From assembly GCA_041674405.1 (NCBI GenBank), contig JBAYVT010000001.1:120001-152000 (forward strand): a stretch of 32,000 nt of DNA, in the 5' to 3' direction. Origin of the DNA: Patescibacteria group bacterium (GTDB lineage Bacteria; Patescibacteriota; UBA1384; XYA2-FULL-43-10). The notes beneath the pieces were generated by a model. It did no database searches and had not been told where the DNA came from. It saw only the letters and a program-made list of their open reading frames with translations. Positions 9,532-19,897 of this stretch are shown piece by piece (positions within the stretch are counted from its first letter, which is position 1; every line of letters begins with the position of its first letter). A program made the position numbers and the translations under genes.

Positions 9532-10413
9532 CTATAAGTCGATTTCTTCATTTTCGCGTAATTCTTTTTCATCTTTTAAATCTTTGAAATTTTTATTCTC
9601 AACTTCATTTTTTTTAGCAGGCTCGCCCTCCGCTTGTTCATTCAAGTCGGAATGTGAAGATTGGTTTTCAGTGTCATTCTCTTTTTTTGAAGATTCTATG
9701 CCGGAAATAATGTGTGAACTATGGCCTCTTTCAGATATTTGTTTAAGATCATTAGCACTAACTCCGGTATCAAGCGGTTCTCGCCCCCTAAAGAAATCTT
9801 TTGTCCTTTTCCTTGCCAGATCCAGGACTTCCGGATGGAAAGTTTCATTAAAATCCCCCTCTCCCAATTCCAACTCTTCGCGCTGGCTTTCTTCAAGTTG
9901 GGCTTCATGAAGATCAACAATCTTTTTCGAAATGATATATGGGTGGGGAACCGACCGAAATACGAAGTTTTCGCGCTCTCCTGCCGTCTGAATTGTCACG
10001 TCCCCGTAATGAAACATAGTCGAAAAAAAACCTTCCTCTTTTGCACTCACATCCTGTACCTGATGAAGATGAAGTTCGGCAATATCTCGCTTAAAAAATC
10101 CATTTTGAGAAATGTCCACAATTCTTTCATTCGTCACGATATATACGTCCAGATAATAATCTACAAAACCAAAAAGCATGGTGCCTAAAATTATCAGGAG
10201 GTATGCGGGAATGACCAAATAAAACAAATCCACAACTTGCGGAGAAAATATCACAGACGGGCTCGTCGCATATACCAGAAAAATAATCAATGGAATTAGC
10301 ATAAACACAAATAGCGCCACAAAAATTCCATATGTAACCCAGTGCCTTCGAAGCAGCAAAAAAACTTTTTCTTCAGATTTTTGTCCCGGAAAATATCTCC
10401 CCGTGATTGGCAT
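9532..10413 (-). CDS. Membrane protein with bacterial PH (bPH-type) domain and acidic C-terminal tail
   Basis: Two TM segments followed by YLDVYIVTNERIVDISQNGFFKRDIAELHLHQVQDVSAKEEGFFSTMFHYGDVTIQTAGE, a typical bPH pattern. Low-complexity Glu/Lys-rich tail. Confidence 0.85.
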   Translation of the reverse strand: MPITGRYFPGQKSEEKVFLLLRRHWVTYGIFVALFVFMLIPLIIFLVYATSPSVIFSPQVVDLFYLVIPAYLLIILGTMLFGFVDYYLDVYIVTNERIVDISQNGFFKRDIAELHLHQVQDVSAKEEGFFSTMFHYGDVTIQTAGERENFVFRSVPHPYIISKKIVDLHEAQLEESQREELELGEGDFNETFHPEVLDLARKRTKDFFRGREPLDTGVSANDLKQISERGHSSHIISGIESSKKENDTENQSSHSDLNEQAEGEPAKKNEVENKNFKDLKDEKELRENEEIDL

Positions 10414-10429
10414 AGTTCTCCTTTTAAAT

Positions 10430-10669
10430 TCAAGTTAGGCTAATGCTTGCCGGCCAAGACCTGGTTAAAATAAGAATTAAGGAAACTACAATAATAGTTG
10501 TTGTAAATACAGAATATATGATTATCACAGGCTTTGTGAGATCTCCCACATACCCGAAACGCCATAAGTGATAAACACCCATTATGCTATAGACGATGAA
10601 CAGGACTATAAAGATAAGGTAAGTGATTAACAAGTAAAGCATGGCGAAATTCCTGATTACAAATGACAA
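10430..10669 (-). CDS. Small membrane protein (79 aa) of unknown function
   Basis: Two hydrophobic segments; located 16 nt downstream of nothing and 16 nt upstream of the PH-domain gene start in the same-strand run. Confidence 0.6.
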   Translation of the reverse strand: MSFVIRNFAMLYLLITYLIFIVLFIVYSIMGVYHLWRFGYVGDLTKPVIIIYSVFTTTIIVVSLILILTRSWPASISLT

Positions 10670-10695
10670 AAAACTAAGTTATTTGATATTTGATA

Positions 10696-11295
10696 CTATT
10701 CCAATATTCCTTCTTCTGATGAATAAACACAACCGCAGTAATTTGGAATATGCATATTGTGATTCTTTGCGTAGTTTCTGCCGTTCCAATATCCTTTACG
10801 GAAATCTTGGTAGAAAAACAGCGGTCCAGAATTTCGTTCTAACTCAAGACCGATATTCCAAATTTCATCGTGATCTTTGTATGGAGATACCAACATCGTA
10901 CTCACAAAGTAATCCATTTTTAGCGCCTTAGCTTCGTTATATGTTCTAGTAAGCACTAATAAATTGCATAACTGGCATCTCTTAGTTTTCCAACGCTTTT
11001 TGTCGGTGATATATTTTATTGAATTTTTATCCTGATATGGCATAATTGGCTGAAAAAAATCCTGAATATCGTACTCTGGCGCAATTAATTTAATGCCATT
11101 TTCTTTGCAAAATTTTTCTACATCGGATTTTCGCCGGAGATATTCTGCCCTGCCATGAACTTGCGGATTATAGAAAAAGCCGGTAACTGCAAAATTCTCT
11201 TTTTTTAGTAGCTGATAAACATAGCTAAAGCAAGAAGAACAACAAATGTGAACCATGATCTTTTTTGACTTTTCAGTTTTTTTCTCCCCCATCAA
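10696..11295 (-). CDS. queH: Epoxyqueuosine reductase QueH-like (DUF208 family)
   Basis: MVHICCSSCFSYVYQLLKKENFAVTGFFYNPQVHGRAEYLRRKSDVEKFCKENG, RCQLCNLLVLTRTYNEAKALKMDYFVSTMLVSPYKDH, FYQDFRKGYWNGRNYAKNHNMHIPNYCGCVYS. Confidence 0.9.
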   Translation of the reverse strand: MMGEKKTEKSKKIMVHICCSSCFSYVYQLLKKENFAVTGFFYNPQVHGRAEYLRRKSDVEKFCKENGIKLIAPEYDIQDFFQPIMPYQDKNSIKYITDKKRWKTKRCQLCNLLVLTRTYNEAKALKMDYFVSTMLVSPYKDHDEIWNIGLELERNSGPLFFYQDFRKGYWNGRNYAKNHNMHIPNYCGCVYSSEEGILE

Positions 11296-11312
11296 AACTC
11301 CTTTGCCCTCCG

Positions 11313-12359
11313 CTATACCAAACTTTGTTGCCCAGAATATTTTTTATTCATGTGCGCGTAAGCTAATTCAGTTGCAACCCTCCCCTTTCTTGTTCTGTCG
11401 ATGAATCCAAGCTGCAAAAGATAAGGTTCAACCACATCTTCAATGGTATCTTTGTCTTCCGAAATTGAAGCAGAAATTGTATCTAACCCGACCGGGCCAC
11501 CTTTAAATTTATCAATTATTGCAGATAAATATGCGCGGTCATTTTTATCCAACCCCAACTGGTCTATCTCTAGTGCTAAAAGGGCGCTGTTAGCGATTTC
11601 GGCTGTAACGTTACCTTTATGTTTCACCTCAGCAAAATCTCTGACTCTTTTTAAAAGTCTATTTGCAATACGCGGGGTTTTTCTCGCTCTTTTGGAAATT
11701 TCAGCGATACCTGATTCGTCGATATTAATTTTCAAAATTTCCGCTGATCGCCTGATAATCTCGGAAAGTTCGGCTTCGTTATAAAAATCCAAACGATGTG
11801 ATACGCCGAATCTATCACGAAGCGGAGAAGAAAGCGAACCGATTTTTGTAGTTGCGCCAACCAGCGTAAAACGCGGCAAATCAATTCTCATGGTTTTGGC
11901 CGAAGGACCCTTACCAAGGATTAGGTCTATTGCGTAGTCTTCCATTGCGGGATAAAGAACCTCCTCAATGTTTCGGTTCAAACGATGAATTTCATCAATA
12001 AAAAGGACATCGCCAGGAGAAAGATTAGTGAGAATACTCGCCAAATCCCCGGCTCGTTCGATTGCTGGTCCCGAAGTTACCCTGATTCCCGAACCCATTT
12101 CATTGGCAATAATGTGCGCAAGCGTAGTTTTACCGAGACCGGGTGGTCCGTACAGGAGAACGTGTTCTATTGATTCGCCGCGTTTTTTTGCTGCCTCGAT
12201 AAAGATTGAAAGGTTATATTTTATTGGTGCTTGCCCGACATAATCATCAAGGATTTTCGGCCGTATGGTAATTTCAAAATCATCATCCTTGGAAACTTCA
12301 GGATCCAGCGCATTGTGGTCTCCAATATTTTCGTCTTCGTAATTTTCTTCCATATGCAA
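11313..12359 (-). CDS. ruvB: Holliday junction branch migration ATPase RuvB
   Basis: [31 protein letters not shown] (Walker A), [70 protein letters not shown]. Confidence 0.98.
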   Translation of the reverse strand: MHMEENYEDENIGDHNALDPEVSKDDDFEITIRPKILDDYVGQAPIKYNLSIFIEAAKKRGESIEHVLLYGPPGLGKTTLAHIIANEMGSGIRVTSGPAIERAGDLASILTNLSPGDVLFIDEIHRLNRNIEEVLYPAMEDYAIDLILGKGPSAKTMRIDLPRFTLVGATTKIGSLSSPLRDRFGVSHRLDFYNEAELSEIIRRSAEILKINIDESGIAEISKRARKTPRIANRLLKRVRDFAEVKHKGNVTAEIANSALLALEIDQLGLDKNDRAYLSAIIDKFKGGPVGLDTISASISEDKDTIEDVVEPYLLQLGFIDRTRKGRVATELAYAHMNKKYSGQQSLV

Positions 12360-12419
12360 AAATTAGCCCTTTACCTAGGCTAATAATATCATAGGGATTG
12401 GACGAAAACTAGTTCAATG

Positions 12420-13466
12420 TCAGTTGTGAGGAGGATTTTCATAACACAACCATTCGGCCTCCGTCTCGCCCTGATTAATCACCTGGTGGCTGGCTCCCGG
12501 TAAAATTGTAATGGAAGGAAGACGATTAAAAAAACTTTTAGTTATGATTGGTGGGCATTTCTTACCAGATTCAAATTTTTTCTTTTTGCCATTGACAATC
12601 ACTTCCAATGTTCCTTTTATGACAGCAATCCGATGTTCAGTGAGGGGATGTTTGTGCAAATCGGTTTTTGAGCCCGGCTGCATAATCATATAGGCCAAGG
12701 ATGATTTACCTCTAAATGGACACGTTTTTAATCCTGAGATTTTTTTATATTTGATGGCGTTCGATCGATTTGGCGAACATTCGATGATCCTTGGCTTAAA
12801 TCCCCATGACCAGACTCGATATTGTTTGCCTTCGATTGGCCTAAGGTATGGGATTTTTATATAACCTGTCGCCTCAAACCCTGCATTTGTCAACCTATTA
12901 GATAAAAATTTTCCAGAAGTAAAATAATAATCTGCTCTTCCAATATATTCGAGATCTTTTTTGTTTCTCGGCTCTTCATTGCCGATCATAATTATTCCTC
13001 CACTTTCCAGGGTAGTGTACGACTGGCACAAAAAATTTTCCAGAAGCAAACTTTTGCCTACAAGATGGCCAATAAGACCGTCAGAAAATATAACGTGAAA
13101 TTTTTCTTTCAGTTTGAATGGCTTAGAAACATCTAAAATTTGGGTATTAAGGCCTTTTTGACGAGCATATTCAAGGGCTGAATTACAAAGATCAGTCGCC
13201 AGAATATTGTAACCTGCATCAGCCATATCTTTTTCCAAAAAAGCATTGCCGCAACCGCAGCTTAAAACATTTTTCTTGTTAGATGGTAAATATGAGGAGA
13301 GCTCAGAGACCAATCTCATGACAGTTCGGCGATATGATTTGTGTGAGGTGGACGGAGTCATCGATTGTTTTATGGCTCCACCCTTTTCCCAGACATCAAG
13401 ACGACTTTGCCCATTTTCAGCGGCATTTTCATAGTAATTTTTGACCTGTGCCTGAAATTTGCCCAT
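12420..13466 (-). CDS. SAM-dependent methyltransferase fused to C-terminal cupin domain
   Basis: Class I MTase motif VLSCGCGNAFLEKDMADAGYNILATDLCNSALEYAR. C-terminal cupin pattern MIMQPGSKTDLHKHPLTEHRIAVIKGTLEVIVNGKKK...SITILPGASHQVINQGETEAEWLCYE. Confidence 0.85.
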   Translation of the reverse strand: MGKFQAQVKNYYENAAENGQSRLDVWEKGGAIKQSMTPSTSHKSYRRTVMRLVSELSSYLPSNKKNVLSCGCGNAFLEKDMADAGYNILATDLCNSALEYARQKGLNTQILDVSKPFKLKEKFHVIFSDGLIGHLVGKSLLLENFLCQSYTTLESGGIIMIGNEEPRNKKDLEYIGRADYYFTSGKFLSNRLTNAGFEATGYIKIPYLRPIEGKQYRVWSWGFKPRIIECSPNRSNAIKYKKISGLKTCPFRGKSSLAYMIMQPGSKTDLHKHPLTEHRIAVIKGTLEVIVNGKKKKFESGKKCPPIITKSFFNRLPSITILPGASHQVINQGETEAEWLCYENPPHN

Positions 13467-13483
13467 AAAACCCTGATAATTAA

Positions 13484-14047
13484 TTATTTAAGGCGTTTCA
13501 AGCACCATTTTATTTTTTCTTGCCCCGATGTGTAATCTTTGGGGATTGAACGAACGATCAAGACAACGTCTGATTTTTTATAACCAAGCGATATCAGTGC
13601 TTCAAGAATATCGTCATCCTCATTCTGAAGGGAAATCACACCTGAACCATCCAATCCAGATAGTTTGGGTTTCAAATCAAGAATGATCTTAGCCGCAACT
13701 TTCTTGCCTATTCCAGAAATCGATGTGAAAAATCCTAGATCGTCGGAAATAATCGCCTGAATAATTTTATCCGATCTTGATGCCGACATTATCGCCATCC
13801 CAGCTTTCGGCCCGACGCCATTGACCGAAATTAACTTTTCAAAAAGTTCGAGTTCTTCCCATGTCTTAAATCCGTAAAAATCATCCGCATCTTCTTTGAT
13901 ATGTTCGTGGATAAATATCTCGATTTCTTCGTTTTCTTTAGCAATATAATTTTGGCCAATAGAAATTCTGAAGCCAACTCCAGCCACATCTAAGATAATT
14001 ATCCCATTTTGAATTAATTTAATTTTTCCTGACAAATAGCTGATCAT
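13484..14047 (-). CDS. ruvA: Holliday junction branch migration complex subunit RuvA
   Basis: MISYLSGKIKLIQNGIIILDVAGVGFRISI, FEKLISVNGVGPKAGMAIMSA, FFTSISGIGKKVAAKIILDLKPKL (two HhH motifs). Confidence 0.96.
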   Translation of the reverse strand: MISYLSGKIKLIQNGIIILDVAGVGFRISIGQNYIAKENEEIEIFIHEHIKEDADDFYGFKTWEELELFEKLISVNGVGPKAGMAIMSASRSDKIIQAIISDDLGFFTSISGIGKKVAAKIILDLKPKLSGLDGSGVISLQNEDDDILEALISLGYKKSDVVLIVRSIPKDYTSGQEKIKWCLKRLK

Positions 14048-14101
14048 AGCTCAGTCCTTGGTTATTGGTGTGTAGTCCATAGGAGATTCTGTAAAATGAA
14101 T

Positions 14102-15469
14102 TTATTCATCAACGATCACTCCCCCGTTATTCTCAATAATTTTAATAACCTGATCGCGCTTTTCTTCGATAAGTTCAGGATCTGTTCCTTCTAAATTTAG
14201 CCGGACCAGTGGCTGGGTTGCAGACGGCCGCAAGTTGAGATGCCACTCGTTGTATTCAACAGACAACCCATCTTCTTCGTTCGTTTTTCCATCGTTAAAT
14301 TTATTTTTCAACGTCCGAATGACATTGTCAATGTCTTTAACTTGAAAATTTGTTTCTTCAAACATAAAAATACTCTCTCGATATTCTTCCAATGCTTCTG
14401 ATAACTTAATATTGTTTTCAGATAAATATTCAACAATTAAAAGCAAGGTAATCATTGACGAATCAGCAAAGAAAAAATCCCGATAAATGTTGTGAGCGGA
14501 CGCTTCACCGCCAAAAATCGCGTTAACTTTCTGCATCTTTTCACGAATAAATGGATAGCCCGATTTAGATGGAAGATATTTTGACCCAAGGCTTTCAACT
14601 TGATTTTTAACCGCCCAACCGCGGCGCATGTCAAAAACAACTGTGTTTGCGCCATTCTTTGTGATTAAGATTTTAGAAATAAGTGCGCTTAAATAATCTG
14701 TGTCAACAAAGTCTCCATTCTCATCCAAAAGAGCGATCCTGTCAGCGTCGCCATCAAAGATAGCCGCAAATGACAGGTCGTCAATTTTTTTGCATTCCTC
14801 GATAAGTTGATTCCTATTTTTGGAAAGCATTGGATTTGGCCCATGGTTTGGAAAGTCGCCATCAGGAACAAAATTGATTTGAGTCATTTTGATGGGTAAA
14901 CCTCTGGTAATTTTGGTAAGGACATTCCCCGCGACACCATTTGAAGCATCACAAACAAATTTGATTGGTTTAATATTTTTAATATCAATAAATGAAAAAA
15001 TTTTTTCTAAATAATCCGGCCAAATATCAATTTTTTTAATTTCTCCGCGTTTCGATTGTGTCTCCATATTTCCATTTTCGGACAATGCAATGTTTTTAAT
15101 CTTTTCAAGGCCATAACCCATGCTTACCGGAAGCACTTCAGAATCAATAATCTTTATCCCATTATATTCTCTTGGGTTGTGTGAAGCAGTGATCATAACA
15201 CCAGGCACTTTAAGATGACCGCAAGCAAAATAAACTACCTCAATCGGCACCATGCCAAGATCAAAGACATCAACTCCGGCATCCAAAAAAATCTCCTTTG
15301 CTTCAGCGGCAAATTCAGGCGATGAAAGCCGGGAATCAAAACCAAGAACAACACTCTTTGGTTCAAGATATTTGATGAGGGCGGCAGCAATCTTTTTAAT
15401 TGCTTCCACACCTAATTCCTCCGGCACAACCCCGCGAATATCATAAGTTTTAAAGATTGACGGATTCAT
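14102..15469 (-). CDS. Phosphomannomutase/phosphoglucomutase family alpha-D-phosphohexomutase
   Basis: MNPSIFKTYDIRGVVPEELG, GVMITASHNPREYNGIKI (phosphoserine loop), AAIFDGDADRIALLDENG (Mg loop), GGEASAHNIYRD, LRPSATQPLVRLNLEG. The ORF track start (15487) adds 6 codons; MNPSIF is the more likely start. Confidence 0.95.
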   Translation of the reverse strand: MNPSIFKTYDIRGVVPEELGVEAIKKIAAALIKYLEPKSVVLGFDSRLSSPEFAAEAKEIFLDAGVDVFDLGMVPIEVVYFACGHLKVPGVMITASHNPREYNGIKIIDSEVLPVSMGYGLEKIKNIALSENGNMETQSKRGEIKKIDIWPDYLEKIFSFIDIKNIKPIKFVCDASNGVAGNVLTKITRGLPIKMTQINFVPDGDFPNHGPNPMLSKNRNQLIEECKKIDDLSFAAIFDGDADRIALLDENGDFVDTDYLSALISKILITKNGANTVVFDMRRGWAVKNQVESLGSKYLPSKSGYPFIREKMQKVNAIFGGEASAHNIYRDFFFADSSMITLLLIVEYLSENNIKLSEALEEYRESIFMFEETNFQVKDIDNVIRTLKNKFNDGKTNEEDGLSVEYNEWHLNLRPSATQPLVRLNLEGTDPELIEEKRDQVIKIIENNGGVIVDE

Positions 15470-16643
15470 TGCTCCACACTCCTTCATTATTTAACGCTTC
15501 AATCAGAAGCCTCTTGTTTGCTTCTAATCCTTTTTTAGCATGGTCTATTTCTTCCGTTGTTGTTAAATTTCCATTCTTTAGTCTTAGCCAATAATACATC
15601 ATTGGCACTCTGGCAAAACGATAATAAATCAATGCTAATCGAAATAATTCTTTAAAATCCGGATTTTCCGAATTCTCCTCCAAAACTTCCGAAAACATTT
15701 CTTGCTGTCTTTCCGGATACATCCAGTGAGTGGCTGGAATATACGAAAAAGCAGCGGCTTGGTTGTCGAGTAATTTTAATCTTTCCCAGTCAATTATCGT
15801 CATTGAACCATCGTCTGATTTTATTATGTTGCTCATATTTATATCAATGTTAGTAAATACTGCGCCAGAATTTCTTACAAATTCTTCCTTTTCGTCTAAA
15901 AGAGCCATCATTCTGTCAAAAACATCATCACCAAGCCACTCCCTATATTCAGATTCATGCTCGTGCATCATTTCTCGATTTCTTTTGTGGGTCGGGCAGG
16001 CTCCCTCAGAATTCATTGTTATTTCTGGGTGCTCGGCTGCAATTTTTTCCGGATTCATTGCCTTTTGCATCGCTTTAATAAACTCGACTAAATTCTTAAA
16101 ATCCTCTATTGGCATTGGCCCATCGGCAGCTTCGAACCACACGTGGCTCATGGGCTCCCCTTCGGCATATTCATACTGAACAAAACCATTGCCATTTTCC
16201 TCGGATTCACTTGCAAGATATTTGGGAATATTGACGCGTCCTCTTATATTTTCGGGAATTTCTTCTTCAATATCACTCGCGATATCCTCATAAAAAATTC
16301 TTTCGTTTCTGGCTTCACCCCTAGGATCTTCGCCGCTTAAACGCATTTTAGTAATAACAATCTTGTGTTCAGGGTGTGCGCCTTCAAATATCCAAAATGG
16401 ACGAGTGACTTTATTTTCTCTTATATAATTCAGAACCGCCTCGTCCCCCTCCAAATTTAGATCAATATTTTCATGTACGCCATAAAATCTTACTGGCCTA
16501 ACTTCCTGCACACCTCGGCTTTTCAAACACTCAAGTACCTGTTGCCAAAGCTTATTAAGCTCATCCCCAGATTCAATTTTTTCTTTCCAACTCAATCCCT
16601 CGATTGGCTCTTCGTGGCTTGAGGAATTAATTCCATCTCTCAT
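15450..16643 (-). CDS. APH/choline-kinase-fold phosphotransferase-like protein
   Basis: Catalytic-loop-like VFTNIDINMSNIIKSDDGSMTIIDWERLKL (Asp and Asn retained, DFE-equivalent IIDWE). Similar in size and context to the next gene. Confidence 0.7.
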   Translation of the reverse strand: MRDGINSSSHEEPIEGLSWKEKIESGDELNKLWQQVLECLKSRGVQEVRPVRFYGVHENIDLNLEGDEAVLNYIRENKVTRPFWIFEGAHPEHKIVITKMRLSGEDPRGEARNERIFYEDIASDIEEEIPENIRGRVNIPKYLASESEENGNGFVQYEYAEGEPMSHVWFEAADGPMPIEDFKNLVEFIKAMQKAMNPEKIAAEHPEITMNSEGACPTHKRNREMMHEHESEYREWLGDDVFDRMMALLDEKEEFVRNSGAVFTNIDINMSNIIKSDDGSMTIIDWERLKLLDNQAAAFSYIPATHWMYPERQQEMFSEVLEENSENPDFKELFRLALIYYRFARVPMMYYWLRLKNGNLTTTEEIDHAKKGLEANKRLLIEALNNEGVWSNESVNL

Positions 16644-16647
16644 ATTT

Positions 16648-17619
16648 TTACCTCACATGCAAAATTGCTTCGAAAGAATCGCCGGCAGCAGCAAGATACC
16701 TTGCCCATATATGAGTCCTGTCGATTTTTTTTGATTCCTCAGTCGTTTTGATCTTTAAACTAATGGATGGCCATTTGTGCATATGAAACAAAATTCTTAT
16801 GATACTGGACCGAAACATTTCTTCTAACTTTTCGTTTGTAATAAATAGTTCTATCAGCACCTTCTGCCAATTTTCGTATCTCCACAGAAATAACCAGAGG
16901 TATGTAAAATCAATTGTAAGGTTATCAAAACAAAATTGCTCGAAATCAGAAAATATTATATTATCTCCCGGGCGAACAATAATATTAGCCGGGCTCATAT
17001 CACTATTACATGCTTTAATATTTTCGTTTGAATAGTATAATTTTTTATTATTCGCAAAGAAATTCTGCTGATTTATCAGTGATAGACCTAGATATTTACC
17101 AATATTTTCCGGATTGTAATCTTCCAAATCTTCGAAATATTTTTGTTGAAAATTCTTTTTCAGGTTATTTAATTCATGAGATTCTACGGATATTTTTTGT
17201 AAAGATTCCAAGTTGTCAATAATTTTTGGAACAATAATTTTGTCCTTGTCTATAAACTCATTTCTTAAAATATCATATCCCATAAGCGATTCATTTGGCA
17301 GGAGCATTGAAAGGGAGTTCCCTGGATAATATTGGCGAATAGACCAAAAATATTTACCACTAATTCCTGTTTCTATAATTTTCGCTCTTGCAAGGCCAAA
17401 ATTCTTGTTGTGTTTATCAATATATTGGTCGACGGCTTTTTCTTTCTCCATATTTCTAACCCGGCCGGTAGAGCTTTTAGGAAAAATTTTTAGCACCACT
17501 TCATTGTTATTGATCAGCCCAACAAAAATATAACTTTCCCTTTCGTAGTCCTTTTTAATAGCCAATTTTTCATTAAAATGCAAATCCACAAAGAGATCTG
17601 CGAGTTCTTTTTGATACAT
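16648..17619 (-). CDS. Second APH-fold phosphotransferase-like protein
   Basis: VGLINNNEVVLKIFPK (beta3 Lys), ACNSDMSPANIIVRPGDNIIFSDFEQFCFDN (catalytic loop and DFE). Confidence 0.75.
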   Translation of the reverse strand: MYQKELADLFVDLHFNEKLAIKKDYERESYIFVGLINNNEVVLKIFPKSSTGRVRNMEKEKAVDQYIDKHNKNFGLARAKIIETGISGKYFWSIRQYYPGNSLSMLLPNESLMGYDILRNEFIDKDKIIVPKIIDNLESLQKISVESHELNNLKKNFQQKYFEDLEDYNPENIGKYLGLSLINQQNFFANNKKLYYSNENIKACNSDMSPANIIVRPGDNIIFSDFEQFCFDNLTIDFTYLWLFLWRYENWQKVLIELFITNEKLEEMFRSSIIRILFHMHKWPSISLKIKTTEESKKIDRTHIWARYLAAAGDSFEAILHVR

Positions 17620-18702
17620 CTAGCTAATCCTTTCGTACAAATTCATGTATTTTTCCGCCACCGCATCGAAAGAATATTTTTCTTCAACCGTTTTCCGACA
17701 ATTTTTTCTCATTTCCTGGTACTGCTTTTCGGGCAGTGACAATATTTTATTGGCTGCCTCCTCAAAAGCGCGGATATCTCCTTGTTCAACCTTATATCCG
17801 TTTACCCCGTTTTCAATTATTTCATCCACCGCTCCCGTTTTGTAGGCAATAACCGGAGTTCCACATGCCATCGCTTCGATTACCGTGAGGCCAAAAGTTT
17901 CATTCGAAGAAGGAAACAATAAGGCCTTGGCGCTATAAAAACCGGGCCTTTTTTCTTTATCCACAAAACCAACAGCTGTGATTTCATCGTTTAAGCTTGG
18001 TAATATATCGCTCCTAAAATATTTTTCATTTTCACCGATTGGCTTTCCCCCAATCTCGAGTTTATAGTGCAATTTACTGGCAACCTTGATTGCGTGAGTG
18101 GCTCCCTTGGGCTCGATCATGCGCCCAATCCAGACGAAATTATCTTTAGCGCTTTCAGAAAAAGGAAAGTCGCCAAGATACACCCCATTGGGTATTATTT
18201 CATGTTGGCGTGAAAAGTCTTTCATTTGGAAACCTGAAACACCAACAAAGGTAATCAGGTTAATTTGTTCGGGCGTTAATAGATCAAATAATATTTTGTA
18301 ACTAAAATTTTCTATTCCCATATGCATGGTAAGAATAGATTTTTTACCATTTTTGGCCGCCAGATATACAGGTAAAAAATTCACCATACTAAAATGAGTC
18401 ATCCTATCTTCGCACATCACTCTGTCAATTGCTTTTGCATAAACTGCAAATTCTTCAAACGCTGTAGTGCGATAATTCCAGCCAGTATTGAAAAAATCTG
18501 CTCGCTTCGAATATCCTAAAGATTTTTCTACTATGGGTATCAGAGAATTTAATTTTTCAGAATCTCCAGTCGCCAACAATTCAAAGTTGTCCAATTTCTG
18601 TTCCAATGTTTTGGCTAGGTAATAATTAAAAACCTCTAAGCCTCCGGGCACGGCAGGACCGGTTGGCATAAATATGTTAGAAAATAAAGAAATTTTTTTC
18701 AT
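17620..18702 (-). CDS. Glycosyltransferase, GT4-like
   Basis: N-terminal SNIFMPTGPAVPGGLEVFNYYLAKTLEQ and C-terminal ALLFPSSNETFGLTVIEAMACGTPVIAYKTGAVDEIIENGVNGY (E-x7-E motif). Confidence 0.93.
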   Translation of the reverse strand: MKKISLFSNIFMPTGPAVPGGLEVFNYYLAKTLEQKLDNFELLATGDSEKLNSLIPIVEKSLGYSKRADFFNTGWNYRTTAFEEFAVYAKAIDRVMCEDRMTHFSMVNFLPVYLAAKNGKKSILTMHMGIENFSYKILFDLLTPEQINLITFVGVSGFQMKDFSRQHEIIPNGVYLGDFPFSESAKDNFVWIGRMIEPKGATHAIKVASKLHYKLEIGGKPIGENEKYFRSDILPSLNDEITAVGFVDKEKRPGFYSAKALLFPSSNETFGLTVIEAMACGTPVIAYKTGAVDEIIENGVNGYKVEQGDIRAFEEAANKILSLPEKQYQEMRKNCRKTVEEKYSFDAVAEKYMNLYERIS

Positions 18703-18703
18703 C

Positions 18704-19825
18704 TTAACCCAAAAATTTATTATATGCAGCTAGGTAATTTTGCGCCATTTTAACAAGGCTAAATTCCTTGATGATCCTATCGCGTGGAGCAGATGGCTTT
18801 ATGAAAGACGCTTTTTTAAGAGCTTCTCGAATCTCATTTTTACCAAAACTACTAATCAAGATTCCGTTCTCGCCATTATTGATCACATCTTTAATACCCC
18901 CGATCGGTGACGCTATCGGAACAACCCCCGAAGACATCGCCTCCAGAAGGACCATGGGCATACCTTCTCTTTCAGTTGGCATAAATATCAACTTTGCGTT
19001 TTGATAAATCGGAATAAGCTCATTTGGAGTTTTGTACCCCAAATAATCCACGTTATCTTTTCCAAAATATTGTTTTTCTAATCTCTCAAAATATTTAATC
19101 TCATTCGGAGACGAACCTCTTGGCCCGATTATAGAAAGTTTTTGCCCGGATTCTTTTACGGATAATATCAACTCCTCAACTTTTTTTTCGGGCACAATTC
19201 TCCCAACAAATATCACTCCTTGTTTTTCAGAATTTGCCTGAAAATTATATTTGTCTGTATCAACCCCATTGGGAGTGTAGCCGAAATTTTTGATGCTATT
19301 TTTTTGGCAAAATTTCTCATTGTCGTGGCTTATGCAAGTCATACCAGATGATGATTTTGACAATTCACGATAACGATATTGATCATAAGCGTGAAAAATA
19401 CTAGCTAAATCACCATGGATCGTATACAAAACCGGAATCTTTGCAGCCAAGAATATAAAGAAATTTGTCCTCATATCATGAGAATTAATAAGATCAATTT
19501 TACCCGCCCTATAGGCTTTTAAGGCTTCATTGGCAGCAAAAAGATCGCTCTCTACCCTTCTTTGTGTATATTCAATCGGATTTTTTGTGTCTGGCCCGAA
19601 TTCCCTCCACGCAGATGGCAGATCCGCCCCGCTGCAAGTAATTTCATTACTGCTGTCCCTGGAAGTAAAAACCATATTCTCACAATTAAGATCGGACAAT
19701 TTTTTTGATAATTCGAACACTAGAGAGTTTGGTGCGCAAATAACGTCTGGGTCGGGTGGCACCGGTTTCGAGCTAAGAGGAATGATTCCAACTCTAATTT
19801 TTTTTGATCGCCTTTTGAACAACAT
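18704..19825 (-). CDS. Glycosyltransferase, GT4-like
   Basis: NLINSHDMRTNFFIFLAAKIPVLYTIHGD..., KLIFMPTEREGMPMVLLEAMSSGVVPIASPIGGIKDVINNGENG. Confidence 0.93.
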   Translation of the reverse strand: MLFKRRSKKIRVGIIPLSSKPVPPDPDVICAPNSLVFELSKKLSDLNCENMVFTSRDSSNEITCSGADLPSAWREFGPDTKNPIEYTQRRVESDLFAANEALKAYRAGKIDLINSHDMRTNFFIFLAAKIPVLYTIHGDLASIFHAYDQYRYRELSKSSSGMTCISHDNEKFCQKNSIKNFGYTPNGVDTDKYNFQANSEKQGVIFVGRIVPEKKVEELILSVKESGQKLSIIGPRGSSPNEIKYFERLEKQYFGKDNVDYLGYKTPNELIPIYQNAKLIFMPTEREGMPMVLLEAMSSGVVPIASPIGGIKDVINNGENGILISSFGKNEIREALKKASFIKPSAPRDRIIKEFSLVKMAQNYLAAYNKFLG

Positions 19826-19897
19826 TATGTTATAGTTTTATTAAGTTAATCTATTCCATTATGTTTCAATTTGGACAATTAATCAAATAGAGGGATT

